DNA of 64,000 nucleotides, from NCBI RefSeq assembly GCF_009914755.1, contig NC_060929.1; one strand, 5' to 3'. A model generated the notes under the pieces. It was not told the DNA's origin. It did no database searches and was given only the letters and a program-made list of their open reading frames with translations. Below are positions 47,007 through 61,770 of this stretch, piece after piece; within the stretch, counting starts at the first letter, position 1, and every line of letters starts with the position of its first letter. The stretch is from the human T2T-CHM13v2.0 reference genome, Homo sapiens. A program made the translations under genes and the position numbers.

Positions 47007-47085
47007 GGAAGGAAGGAAGGAAGGAAGGAAGGAAGGAAGGAAGGAAGGAAGGAAGGAAGGAAGAAAGAAAGGAAGGAAGGAAGGA
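47007..47085 (+). repeat. (GGAA)n microsatellite, 14 consecutive units plus 3 more
   Basis: 47007-47062 is 56 nt of pure GGAA; continues from the AluJ tail. Confidence 0.95.
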
Positions 47086-47322
47086 CGATGCTAGCGAAAT
47101 ACTACTGCCTGCCAAAGACTTTAAATCAGAGGCTTATGCCTTTTTTTTTTTTTTTCATTAAAAAGGGACATCAGCAAATGTTTAAAGATATTCTAGAAAC
47201 ATTCTCTACCATAGGAGATTAACCCCTTGCCTTGTGAAAAAAGTGGCCTCTAATAGCAATGCTACTCTAGCTCAGGGATGAAAATGAAACTTCCTGCTTT
47301 CCATTAAAGAGTAAATATTACA

Positions 47323-47699
<377 letters not shown>

Positions 47700-49342
47700 T
47701 TATAATCTAGGACTCACACACTTTCTGAGGCCACCCAATCTTTATTCGGACAGAAATTTCTTAGAAGATACTTTCTAGATACTCACACTGGAGGCAAAAA
47801 CCAAACTGTATTATAGATTTCAAAAGTGCATTCTGTACATTTCATTGATATACTTATGGATTTTAGAACAATGTGGCTTAAACGTTTCCTTAGCTGTATG
47901 AATATTCCCTTCTAGAAGAGCTAAAGGAAAAACAAAACCCACGCTTAGTTCGGATCAGACTCAAAAACTGGGCAACACTGGAAAACTGGGGTTTGTGACT
48001 CAGTGAAGAGCTGAACAGTGGACTGGCCTCTGTGACTGATATTACATGAGTTCCACCATCCTCGCCAATTTCCCACACATCAGTCACCACAATGCTACCC
48101 TTATCAGACTGGTCCATGTGACCAAGAAAGCAGGTCTTTTGTCCTTGGACAGGAGTCTCTGCCATCGTCTGATCCTGGGGGGTACCAACTGCTGGACGAT
48201 ATTCTCAGCAAGAACTCTTGAGTCCTAAAGCTAACTCCCTCCAGGTGAAATGCAAGATTAACGTCTGCATACATTTCTACTTTATCACAACTAATGCCTT
48301 AAGTAGGTTCTAGGTTGTGTAGATGATCTGAACCACATTAAAAGAAAATATTTTTAAGTAAAACAAGAAGAAAAACGATCGCTCAGATTGTGTTCTTTTC
48401 TCACTAGCTAGGTTTTATTGATCTATTTTTTTAAGCTTGAGTTTAAGCTAAGAAAAGAAATCTTGCTTTTTATGGCAAGAGTTCTTGAGGAAAAAGACAA
48501 CTTATAATAGAAAGCATCTTGCACAAAAGTTTTGGTAATCAGAGGGGGAAGATGAAGAGGAGCTTTGTAAATTTTGACTTTGAAAGGCCATTGTAATGTA
48601 AATATGACTTCCTAGAGTGTAAACAACAGTGGTTTGAAATTAAAAATTTGTACAAAACAGGCAGCTATCTAGTTAAAAGAAAATGTGTCTAATAAGCATG
48701 TGTGTCTGAGATGTCTTGAATATTTTGATACTATACTGTAATTACTAACGATATAAAATTTCCAAGACTTTTGAAACCATGAGAAAGTTTTTAGGATTTT
48801 TTTTCCCCAGAAAAAGACAGCTATACTTTTTTGGTACTCTACACATTTAAAGTAATTTAAGAATAAAAAACATACTGTTCCCACACAAATACTTGAAAGT
48901 ATTTTAAATTATTAATGGAACCACAAGTTCTTAAACTTTAAAGAATCCTCTGTCTCTTAGTTTAGCCAACAGATGATTATATTAACATAAAAAAGTACGG
49001 TTACATATATTTGAGTTAAGGATCATCATTGTGTCAAGAAAATATTACATTTATAATGAGAAAATCCAAAAGTTCACTAAGAATATTGTTTAATTCAAAC
49101 GTTATATTTATTGTCTTCATCTTGGACTTCTGAAAACTGACTTTTTTCTCAGACTTGCACAAACCATTCTATTCTTTACCATGCTGGGTTTTGCATGATT
49201 TGGAGGCATTCTCACCATAGAGCCATTTTTCTCTCACCCTGAAGGACATAGGAAAGAAATTAGAGATGTCAGAACAGTTGTGTGGAGGTACTTTAATGGG
49301 ACCATGGTGCAGAAAGGAGGTGGGGTAAAAATATTTGCTTTA

Positions 49343-49640
<298 letters not shown>

Positions 49641-49764
49641 TTATAATCTAGTTAAATGCAATGACTCCTCCCTTTCTAGACCAAACTGGGCACTTGGGCA
49701 GCAGTAACAATGTATATTAAATGATCCAATAAACAAACGGTCTCTTTTGCCTGTAAATCTGTAA

Positions 49765-50247
<483 letters not shown>

Positions 50248-50465
50248 TAAATCACAAAATACACTAGATATCATTAGGAGACAGTCCACAAAATATACAT
50301 CCTATTGCAAAAGTGTGTGGTCATTTCTCCTTTAAATTCTCCCATTCTGCCTTCATGACACTTGTAGTGTGCTCCTCTGTCTTTCCTCGAGAGGAAATTT
50401 TATAATTTTAATAAAATTTTACGATTTTATAATTGTTGCCTTTTTCAAGTCTTATATTTGAAATT

Positions 50466-50764
50466 AGCTGGGAACAGTGGCTCACGCCTGTAATCTCAGC
50501 AATTTGGGAGGCCGAGGCAGGCAGATCACTTAAGGTCAGGAGTTCGAGACCAGCCTGGCCAAATGCTGAAACCCTATCTCTACTAAAAATACAAAGATTA
50601 GCCAGGTGTGGTGGTGTGCGCCTGTAGTCCCGGCTGCTCAGGAGGCTGAGTCAGGAGAATCACTTCAGCTGGGAAGGTGGAGGTTGCAGTGAGCTGAGAT
50701 GGCACCATTGCACTCCAGCCTGGGTGACAGAACAAGACTCCATCTCAAAAAAAAAAAAAAAAAA
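50466..50764 (+). mobile_element. AluS
   Basis: Dimeric Alu with poly(A). Confidence 0.9.
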
Positions 50765-50964
50765 TCAACCAGCAGTATCCCTTTTGCAGATTTTATAATT
50801 TTTACCTTTTCAGATCTGTCTGTCCATGTCTCCATTCATCCATCCACCCATCCACGCTAATACACAGTAACTCATTGAGTTTACCTTTAACAGATTTCAT
50901 TTTCAATTCATGCAATTATTCCCAGGGAAAAAAAGTTTGCTCAAAGACTGCCTGCTGGAAGATA

Positions 50965-51610
50965 AGGGGCTAACATCTAAGATTTATAAATAACTCATGC
51001 AACTCAATAGCAAGAAAACATATAATCCAATTTTAAAAATGAGCAAAAGACTTAAATAGAAATTTTTCTAAAGATGTCATAAAAGTGGCCAACAGGTACA
51101 TGAAAAGGTGCTCAATATCACTAATCATCAGGGAAATGCAAATCAAAACTACTGTGAAATATCACCTCACACGTGTTAGGAGATCTGTTATCAAAAAGAC
51201 AAGAGATAATAAGTGTGACAGGGTGTGAAGAAAAGAGAACCCTTGGAATCTAGATTGTTGCAACCATTATGGAAAACAGTATGGAGCTGTCTAAATAAAT
51301 TGAAAGTAGAGTACCATATGACCCAGCAATCCCTCTTTTGGGCACATACCCAAAGGAGATGAAATCACCAGCTCGTAAATATATGTGCATTCCCATGTTC
51401 ATTACAGCACTGTTCACAACAGCCGAGATACTGAAACAACCTAGGGTTTATCAATGGATGAATGGGTAAAGAAACTATTTTATATTTATGAAATATTATT
51501 TAGTATATAATATATACATATATCATATATGTTATATATATGAAATACTATTCAGCCATTAAAAAGGAGGCGGTCCTGCCATTTTCCACAATATAGATGG
51601 ATCTAGAGGT
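50965..51610 (+). mobile_element. Old L1M (L1MA/MB-like) ORF2 3' fragment
   Basis: CACTAATCATCAGGGAAATGCAAATCAAAAC...CCATATGACCCAGCAATCCC...TCAATGGATGAATGG motifs. Confidence 0.75.
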
Positions 51611-53799
51611 CTTGGTGGATTTTAAAAAGGCACCTGCTCTACATATGTTCTGGAAGTTTTTTATGTGTTATGAAAATGTACTGCTGTCTTAAAAATTGGG
51701 GCATTTTTTTCCTGATACTTCAGGGAATATTTTATCTTCAAGTAAAATGATCAAGAGCTTTTTATGTATACTGCTTTGCATTGTTTCTTGCCAGGGATGC
51801 TGTGGGTGATATCTGCTCCTTGGTGATAAGGATTCCACCTCGGAGAACAGAAGCTGCAGGGAAGGAAGGCGTTTAGGGGAACTATGCTACAGTTTCACCA
51901 CAATCCCCATTTTCAGTTACCAAAAGGCCTTCTCAGAATTTAAGGACACGCAAAGCAGACAGCAATTAATTTAATTCCAGATAGAAGCTTTTGACCATGT
52001 ATATTTCACTGGCACTTTTTGCAAATCTCACTCTCCCTGTTCAGAATAATTCCTGGCAGTGTTGTAGCATTCTTCCAATTACCACTCATGCATCTCACCG
52101 TCTTGCCTAAAGGAAAAGTGAAGGAAGATGTAGTCTAAACAGCTAATTTTCATATAAATGTATATAAAAATGTAAAATACATTAAAATTAACAATAATAT
52201 CCCCTTAGTGTTACTGCTAAACTGTATTTTAGCCCAATGCATATCATCTTACTACTAAGATAAATGGCAATTTTGCACCAAGACATCAGATCAATGGAAA
52301 TTCACTTGGAATAGATATTCAGGCATGAAAGTATGTTCATACCTACAAAATATTCTAAATCCATAATCTAAGTTCAAATATAGTCAGCTTTATTTTCTTT
52401 CAGCACATATAGTCAGTTTGTATTGCAATGTCGTAAGACCAGGAGGAGGGTTGCAGAATTCTTCTACCTCTGTCATCTTAATATTTGTCTCTGATGTTCT
52501 CCTCTCTGAGTGTGTGTCCTGGTACCCCTGCATCGGGGTCCCTGTTTCTACTCTCAGAAGAATCAGCAGCTATTGCCAATGTCCATTTAGCTGCCAGTCT
52601 TCTGAAAGAAACGTAGGAGAAAAAAACTGTGTACAAAGAGTACACCTGGTCTTTCTACATTCTCTTCTGTGAACGAAATATACTACTTAGGAGATAGAAA
52701 TGGTCCTTGTTTTGAATTTGAAGCCATGCTTTATTTTCCTGCTATAGAGACATATTCTGGTACTCTTTATAATAATATCTAGTGACAGTAAATAGGTCCT
52801 GATATCAAAGGGTAAAACACATTGTATGACAAGCTATTCATAGTTTATCCATAACAAAATTTATTTTCAAATGTAAATACATATATATGTATATTTTTAA
52901 ATTTGGAAATACATTTAATGTATTTGTGGAAAATATCAAGAAAAGATATTTTGTGACAACTTCTAGGTATGCATCTCTGTACTTTTTACTTGTCATGCTT
53001 TATAATCTTTTTAATTATCAGGTACTATTTATTTAATTGAGACAAATTGTTAATCATCTTTTCAAAAGTTCCCTGAGGTTGTTGGCCTGCTGTAGGAATA
53101 GCAGGAAGGAATCAGAGACTCTTGGTGTGTCTTCTGGTAAAAGAGACATCCAGCTTTCCTAAGCGCTTGGAGTATGAAAGAGTGACAGGTTTTAGAAATC
53201 CACTTCACCCTCCCCCCTCCGCCCCCATGCACAGGGTAAGTATCTTTCATTCCTCAGTGGCCACCTCTAGGCAGGTAGTGTCTTCTGCTTCAAGATGAAT
53301 ACAACCTAGGCAGGCAGGAGAGGGATTTCTGTGCCCTCACAGCTGCTAAAATGTCAGAGCTGAGAGCCTAGGATTGTCTTTCCCTCCTGGCCCAAAATAA
53401 GTTGTTCACCTGCCTCCAAGAAACACTGGTTTCAGCGATAAATCTCTGCGTACTCATAATAATGAAGGTGGGTACCATGGTAACTTGGATGGCAGTTTTG
53501 AAGTCCAAAATTGGTTTATATTTAAGATTTTCCTTAAAGATTTGCTATTCATTCTAGATGATTACCAAAGGGAAGTACGATTTCTTTTCTTATGAACGAT
53601 TTAAAATGCAGCATGTATACCACCTGGAACAGAAAAATACATGCCAAGCTGGAATTATTTTTTAACATATACTTCCATTCAATTCAAGATGTTTGTTGTG
53701 CACCTACTATATATCATAAACAATGGCAGGTGCTGCCAGGACAGAAACAAGGAAAGGATGTAATCCTTGTCTCAAAGGAGTTTTTAGTGTAATAGAAGG

Positions 53800-54500
<701 letters not shown>

Positions 54501-55160
54501 AGGAAAATATATAGCAGGTGCGCAAATGTCTTGAATTGAATGGTAATGCTAATATGTTAAAAATAATACAATCAACCACATTGGAAAAGATAAATTCACA
54601 AATGTCTGTATAACAAAGGGTGGGGGCTTCACAAGGGAAGGGATCCTATCCCAAAGACAGGAAGAAAACTTCTTAAAGGAGATGGCATTTGCAGCTACTC
54701 AAGAAAGGTGTTTGTATTTCAAGAGGCTAACATGGGAGGTTGGGGCAGCACATAATTCAAAGATGCTCCATGAGCACAGCGTGGATGCACATAAGCCATT
54801 CTCAGTGTTAGGTTATAAACAAGCAACTGAACAGAAAAATTGCAGCGATAGAAAAAGGAGATCTGTAAGAAAACTACAAGTAGGGGGAGACTTCAGGTCT
54901 CAGAAATTTTTGTATTGCATGTTATTGCTGGAAGTTCTTTGAGAAGATGGTATGAGTGTTAATTTCCAGGGTATGAAATATGCAAAAGCATATAAGCATA
55001 GAGCTTTTGTTTAAATCTTGAGAACTATAATTAGAGCTGGAAATGACTTAGAAATTGTTTAGCTCAGTTCACTTATTTTATAGATGAGGAAATATGTATT
55101 TTGAAGATAAATGCTCTATGTGTGGATATGTATGTGTAGCTATATAGATACATACCTATA

Positions 55161-55524
55161 CAGATAGTTCCTGATTTTACTATGGCTTAAATACAATTTT
55201 CAGACTTTATGACGGTACAAAAGTGATACACATTCAGTAGAAAGTGTACTTTGAGTACCCATACAACCATTCTGTTTTTTACTTTCAGTACAGTATTCAA
55301 TAAGTCACGTGAGATATTCAACACTTCATTATAAAATAGGCTCTATGTTAAATGACTTTGTTACTGTAGGCTATTGTAAGCCTTCAGAGCACATTTAAGG
55401 TAGGCTAGGACAAGCAAACATGTTTGGCAGATTAGATGTTTTAAATGCATTTTCAACCTGGGATATGTTAAATTTATGATGGGCTTATGGCCCGAAAACC
55501 CCATAGTAAGCTGGGGAGTATCTT
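55161..55524. mobile_element. MER47A-like Tigger (TcMar) MITE
   Basis: TA-CAGAT terminus; GAGTACCCATACAACCATTCTGTTTTT...CATTTAAGGTAGGCTAGG...AAATGCATTTTC internal motifs. Confidence 0.7.
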
Positions 55525-55608
55525 CATGTGTGTGGGTATATGTATGTGTGTAAAATATGTAAAATATATAAATATGTTAACAGAGAAAATACATTTCTTC
55601 CTAAATAA

Positions 55609-55838
55609 AACCATATATGTGGTATTATTACCATATATATCCAACGTGTATATATGTATTATTATATCCAATGTATATTGTATATAATATCCAATGTATA
55701 TTATTAAATATATTATTTATATAATATATATTATATAATATCAATGTATATTATGTAGATACAAAATTTATATTATATTGGATCTAATAATACATATATA
55801 CATTGGATATATATGGTAATAATACCATGTATATGGTT
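55609..55838. repeat. AT-rich inverted repeat (~63-bp arms, ~104-bp spacer)
   Basis: 55609-55672 is near-complementary to 55777-55838. Confidence 0.85.
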
Positions 55839-56854
55839 ATATATAATATACATTGGATATTATATATATCAAAAATATATCATATGCAATTGTATTTAGA
55901 GAGAAAGACTAAATTCTTCTGTGTATATTGAGAAAAAGAGAGAGGAAATGAGCCTACTTCTTGAAGTGGCATTCTAAAGAATTCTTAATCCCTCACAAAC
56001 TTTAAAACTGCTGTGTCCTTATCAGCGATCTTTCTAGTTCCAAGGAATAGAATATGGCTCATACTATTCAAATGCAAAGGGGAGGTTGTTAATAAGAAGA
56101 AAAAATAAACATGTTTCCAGTTACCCAAGGACTGGAAATGCTGTGTGTAATGCCTGAGCTAGCAGAGGCCTTTCATTGGCTCCCCTTGTCTGGGGCACTG
56201 TTTTCAACAGAAACGGGAGCAGACACTGGGAGAAGTGAGCCAAGGCAGCAGGTGTCCTCTGCGCCTACTCACTACTCTTCCTGTCTTCTGAAACTCACTC
56301 CCCTCATTTGTAAATGCAACATAATCACCCATCTAACCAAAATATAATTAGGGAGGTAAATCAGTTTGTGTATCTAGTATATGAGGTTTCTCCAGAATAG
56401 AAACAATGAAACTTTGAAGTTGTGCCCTACCGTAATCCCCGTTCATGTAGACTGGAAGTTGTCAAACTATGACCTGATGGGATTTGTTCCCTGGTCTAGA
56501 CAGGGACTAGTCCAGCTGGTCTGCTTTTATAAATTAGGTTTTATTAAAACAGCCACGCTCCTTTGTTTACACTCTGTTTGTGGTAGCTTTTGCACAACAG
56601 TGGCAGGGCTTGTCGTTGCAAGGGGGACAGAGCCCATGGCCTGCAAAGCCTCAGTATTTAATATCTGACCCTGTTCATTGCAGTCTGGTCACTCCTGGTG
56701 CAGACCACAGGGAATTGTTGCTTTCTGGAATGGGCGACACGTGCATGTGCTTGGTCCTCTGGGATGGCATTGGCAGGAGTCGGCCCAGGGAGGACATCTG
56801 TGGAATGAGAATGTTGCCCCCATGAATGTTTTCTCTAAGAAAGAAACAGGTGCT

Positions 56855-57126
56855 GGCCGGGCACGCTGGCTCACACCTGTAATATCAGCATTTTGGTAGG
56901 CCAAGGCGGGCGGATGACCTGAGGTCAGGAGTTCGAGACCAAACTGGCCAACATGGTAAAACCCCGTCTCTACTAAAAATACAAAAAAACTTAGCCGGCC
57001 GTGGTGGCGCATGCCTGTAATTCCAGCTACTCGGGAGGCTGAGTCAGGAGAATCGCTTGAACCCAGGAGGCGGAGGTTGCCATGAGCCAAGATCACGCCA
57101 TTGCACTCCCGCCTGGGCGACAAGAT

Positions 57127-57158
<32 letters not shown>

Positions 57159-57171
57159 AGAAAGAAAAGAA
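56855..57171 (+). mobile_element. AluS immediately upstream of FBXL7 exon 3
   Basis: Dimeric Alu with long A/GAAA tail; TSD AAGAAAGAAACAGGTGCT/AAGAAAGAAACCAGTGCT. Confidence 0.92.
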
Positions 57172-57255
57172 AAGAAAGAAACCAGTGCTTTTGCTGCCTC
57201 CCTGGGGCTCTGCTGAGGCCATCATGATTAACCTTTGTTCTCTGTCCTTTGCCAG

Positions 57256-57867
57256 ACTCCGACCTGAGCATGCGCACACTGAGCACGCCCAGCCCAGCCC
57301 TGATATGTCCACCGAATCTCCCAGGATTTCAGAATGGAAGGGGCTCGTCCACCTCCTCGTCCTCCATCACCGGGGAGACGGTGGCCATGGTGCACTCCCC
57401 GCCCCCGACCCGCCTCACACACCCGCTCATCCGGCTCGCCTCCAGACCCCAGAAGGAGCAGGCCAGCATAGACCGGCTCCCGGACCACTCCATGGTGCAG
57501 ATCTTCTCCTTCCTGCCCACCAACCAGCTGTGCCGCTGCGCGCGAGTGTGCCGCCGCTGGTACAACCTGGCCTGGGACCCGCGGCTCTGGAGGACTATCC
57601 GCCTGACGGGCGAGACCATCAACGTGGACCGCGCCCTCAAGGTGCTGACCCGCAGACTCTGCCAGGACACCCCCAACGTGTGTCTCATGCTGGAAACCGT
57701 AACTGTCAGTGGCTGCAGGCGGCTCACAGACCGAGGGCTGTACACCATCGCCCAGTGCTGCCCCGAACTGAGGCGACTGGAAGTCTCAGGCTGTTACAAT
57801 ATCTCCAACGAGGCCGTCTTTGATGTGGTGTCCCTCTGCCCTAATCTGGAGCACCTGGATGTGTCAG
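57256..57867 (+). CDS. FBXL7: F-box/LRR-repeat protein 7, internal coding exon (exon 3, 612 bp): F-box and first LRRs
   Basis: Branch-like TGATTAAC, pyrimidine tract and CCAG| acceptor; CAG|GTAAAT donor; GC/CpG-rich. Translation (G)[15 protein letters not shown]...[38 protein letters not shown] (F-box)...[24 protein letters not shown] (LRR) recognised as FBXL7. Confidence 0.95.
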
Positions 57868-58080
57868 GTAAATGGACACTGACCTACCAGCTATGGGCCC
57901 TCCTGGTGCACCATCCTAAAACAGTGGGGACAGTGCCACCACCGGAGGGTCCTCTTCTTGCAAGCCATCAGAGATGGGGGCGGGTGGTAGGGAGGCTGGC
58001 TTTTGCAGAGAAACTGTCTCTATGGAATCATGACCCTGGAGGCCACAAGTTTCCCTTTCATCAAATAATGTCCACTTCTT

Positions 58081-58207
58081 TTTTTTTTATTATTATACTT
58101 TAAGTTTTAGGGTACATGTGCACAACGTGCAGGTTAGTTACATATGTATACATGTGCCATGTTGGTGTGCTGCACCCATTAACTCGTCATTTAACATTAG
58201 GTGTATC
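58081..58207 (-). mobile_element. Short 5'-truncated L1PA (PA3-PA5-like) insertion
   Basis: L1 3' end with GAG-type diagnostic (AACTCGTCAT) and CTTAAAG; exact TSD TCCACTTCTT (58071-58080 / 58208-58217). Confidence 0.88.
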
Positions 58208-58703
58208 TCCACTTCTTACGGGAGTTCTTAGGGGAATTCTGGCACATTTTGCCTGGGAGTTGAGGTTAGTACGACTTTTAAATGTCTTTACTCTTCATAA
58301 CTCTCACAGTTACTTCAGAGCAACCATAGATAGTGCAAACAGGGTATCTAAGTGTAGAGAAATAGGAAACAAAAGGCTAACTCAAGCACAGTTAGCTTAG
58401 AAACTATCCTCGCGCCCACCTGCTGTTGGTCCCTGGAGCCTGGAATCTTTGTCCAAGCTGTAAAAATGACCTCGTGTGTTTTCGTACCACGGGCCAGACG
58501 GTGCCCACTGTGGGTGATAAAACACTCAGCTGTGGGCTGTGCTCATGATCACTTGCCATTTTGTAGTGTCTCCTTAGATTTCACCAGCACTCTTCTTACA
58601 TCTGGGTTAATCCTGCATCTTTTCTCAAGCAAAATTCTCAATTACACAGTGCAAGGGCAAGGTCCATTGAATTAAATCTTTAGTGCTTTTAAAAATTGAA
58701 GGA

Positions 58704-59012
58704 AGTCGGGCGTAGAGGCCCACGCCTGTAATCCCAGCACTTGGGAGGCTGAGGCATGAGGATTACTTGAAGCTAGGAGTTAGAGACGAGCCTGAGCAAC
58801 AAAGCGAGACCCCTCTCTCCACAAAAACTGGAAATATTAGCCAGGCACAGTGGTATGAGACTGTGGTCCCAGCTATTCTACTCAGAGGCTGAGGCAGGAG
58901 GATTGCTTGAGCCCAGGAGTTCGAAGCTGCAGTGAACTATGATCATACCACTGCACTCCAGCCTGGAGGACAGAGTGAGACCCTGTCTCTGAAAAAAAAA
59001 AAAAAAAAAAAG
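58704..59012 (+). mobile_element. AluJ-like
   Basis: GGAGGATTGCTTGAGCCCAGGAGTTCGAAGCTGCAGTG; TSD AAAAATTGAAGGAA/AAAAATCGAAGGAA. Confidence 0.88.
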
Positions 59013-60577
59013 AAAAATCGAAGGAAATCCCAGCATGGCTGCTTTGCTTGGAAACCTCTCTCAGGCAGGAAGAATTAAAGCCCAGACTCACACTTAGGCG
59101 CCAGACATGATCTGCCTGGACTAACAGCCCTTCCTTATCTCATTTGCTGCCTAGTCAAAAGATGAACATTCGAGAGGCTGAAATGTGTAAGATGCATCAG
59201 GGACTTAAAACCAACAGCACGACCAGCAACCTCAGGGAGTTTGGGGGAGGGGTCAAGAAGTAAAAAACACTATGGTGGGTGAACAAACAGAATCTGGGAT
59301 TTACAAGCATCTGAGGCCAGTGATGCCCTCCAACAAAACCCCAGCTAAAGCCGGCTCTCAGCTTGCTCTCTCTTTCGAAAGCCGACGTCTGAAAATATTT
59401 CAGATGACAGCCCATTACTTTTTGCAGATTCTTTCCCGTGCTGGAGAGCAGCTCGCTGCTCCTCTACTTCAGTTGGCTTCAAGACAAAACCATAGCAGCC
59501 ATATGTTCAGTTAGTCATGAGTAGCCAGTGGCATCGAGAAGCAGGAAACCAGGAGGTTTTCTTACATTTTTCCTCCAAGGAATTCTGGAAAGAGAAAATG
59601 TTGTGATGTGGTGGAAACAAGTTTCAAAACTTTGTGATTTAGAAAAGTTCACAGCTTTTTCTAGATGTGTTTCCTCTTCATTTAAAAGAAATGGCGAAGG
59701 ACTGGGTTCTTTAACATCTAAGAATTGGAGCATTTTATAAACATTTCATTTTCTTTTCTTAGATTAGAAAATGATTCATTTTTGGAATCCCTATCTTTGT
59801 AAAAGGTGCTTCCCATGCACTCTTAATACAGGCTGCAAGTAATTGTACCCTCTTTTGGAGGGTCCTTTTGAAGTTCAGAAATGCAGAAACCACTTTTGCT
59901 ATTTGGGAATGGAAATTCTTGCGCTTCTAGCCTTAGTGGTCCTGCCTGGCCCCTTGACTAACCATTATTAAGCCTTGATATCTGTCTTGTATGTTAACCT
60001 GCTTACTTTGAAAGTTCAAATATATTTGTGTAGCCTCCCCTCATGTCTCCCAATGACAACAGTGATCTGTATACATAGAGATAAAAATGAGGGGAATCTG
60101 CAGCTCACCAAGTTAAGAACACAGAATCCCACATATGGGAGAAAGTTTCAGATAGATGGTCTTGAAAGACTCAACAGGCCATGAGGATGGATTTGTCATC
60201 AGCACCTACTAAGGGTGCCCTCCTCTTCTGAGGGCATCTGGAAATTGTTATGTTGATGCAGAGAGGCCAGAGGGCTGCCACAGTTGATTTCATTATGGCT
60301 GGTTCTCTTTAGTTTTACAGCTGGGCCCCGATAGTGGCCACATTCTCAGTGGCAGTAGACTTGACTTTGGAAGACTCATCACTGGTCTAGAGCTTAATTC
60401 TCCCAAAGGAGATGAGACTGCCTATCCTATCCCTAGCATGCAGAAAATGCTCATCTGGGAAGCTATCTTTAAAGTCACTGAAAATGACTACAACTGTATT
60501 GTTTTGTCATTATCACATATTACCTTTTATTAATAGTAGCATTAAACATCATTGCACTATATTGATGAATATATTGC

Positions 60578-60669
60578 AATAACGAGAGGAAGTGGTAATA
60601 AAGAACATATTTGTGAAAGCTGTATGAAATCTGGAATCAACTGAAGAAACCCCATAGGTTTGTTCAACC
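60578..60669 (+). repeat. Local duplication C, copy 1 (92 bp)
   Basis: Ungapped match to 61771-61862, 11 mismatches counted. Confidence 0.92.
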
Positions 60670-61770
60670 AATTTTCAAAATATAAAATGTGGTAAATGTT
60701 AAAAATAATATTGCTTCAGAAAGAACCTCTCTAACTGGAGACCTGGAATCATCCTTTTTTCTCCCCCTAATCCTACCCAACCAGTAGAGTCCTGTTCAGG
60801 TGACTCTACTTCCCCAGTACCTTGAGTCCATCTCTGTCTGCCTGCCTGGATGCAGACTTCCCCAGCCATTCCTTCTTATACCCATCTCCATGGCCTCCAG
60901 AGGAATTGTTTCAAACTACAAGTCTAACCATTTACTTTCCTGCATGAAACCTCCAATAATTGCTCCCTATGACCTACAGGAAAAATTCAAGTTCCTCCAC
61001 AGAGCACGTAACAGCCTTCATAAGATGCTCTTCTTAGGTGCAAATTTCATCTCTTTCCTGCATACACGCAATGCTCCCTTCTGTAGAACCATCTTATCTG
61101 CATGTCCCAAAACACATCCTATCTGTGCATACGATGATGTGTGCATGCCTCTCTGGCTTGTGTCCCTCTCCCTCCTCTGCCTGCTGCCCCTCCTCGAGAA
61201 CTCTCTGAACAGACTTTTCATTGCTTAAACTCCAGTGAAGCATCCCCTGAATGTAGCCTTCCCCGGCTCACCCCCAGTGAGCTAAGGGTTTTTTTCTGGG
61301 TGTCTGCCTTTTGGGTACAGAAAGCTAGAGCATTGATGGACTTGGAATTCTCAACTCATGATGAGCTTTGAGCTTTATAAGGGCAGAAATATGTCATATT
61401 TCATTTTTGCACTTTTATGACATTGTAATTAAGTGAACACAGGCGTGTCAAAGTTTTAAGTGGTCATTTTGGCCTTTAAAAGGCTTAAAGTTCCCTTTGG
61501 TTAATACTCTAAGCAAGGATTTAGGAAGCTGCAGTGCAACAGTTAAAAATTCCTCATCAGTAAAAGTGAGGTGGTTGGGAGGATTAAATGAGTTAAGACA
61601 TGTTAAGTTCTCAAACACATGCTCTGAAGGGAACCACGTAGGAGGCACTCAATAAATCGCAGCTGTCATTGTCGTTGTATTGTCCTTGTTATTAACCTGC
61701 CTGGAAGTCAGCAGTTGTTCTTCATTGACTTAACCATCTGACACCCCAGAAGAGATAGAGATATCACCCT

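Noticed and set aside
57101-57823. 240-aa alternative-frame ORF and antisense ORFs (56689-57312, 57329-57748)
   Set aside because: Shadow frames of a GC-rich exon and of Alu/poly(A) sequence; non-ATG or unconvincing starts and no domain signal.
57249-58103. 284-aa ORF as a standalone gene
   Set aside because: It is FBXL7 exon 3 plus intronic read-through; it starts at TTG in the acceptor tract and the LRR pattern stops at the GT donor after 57867.
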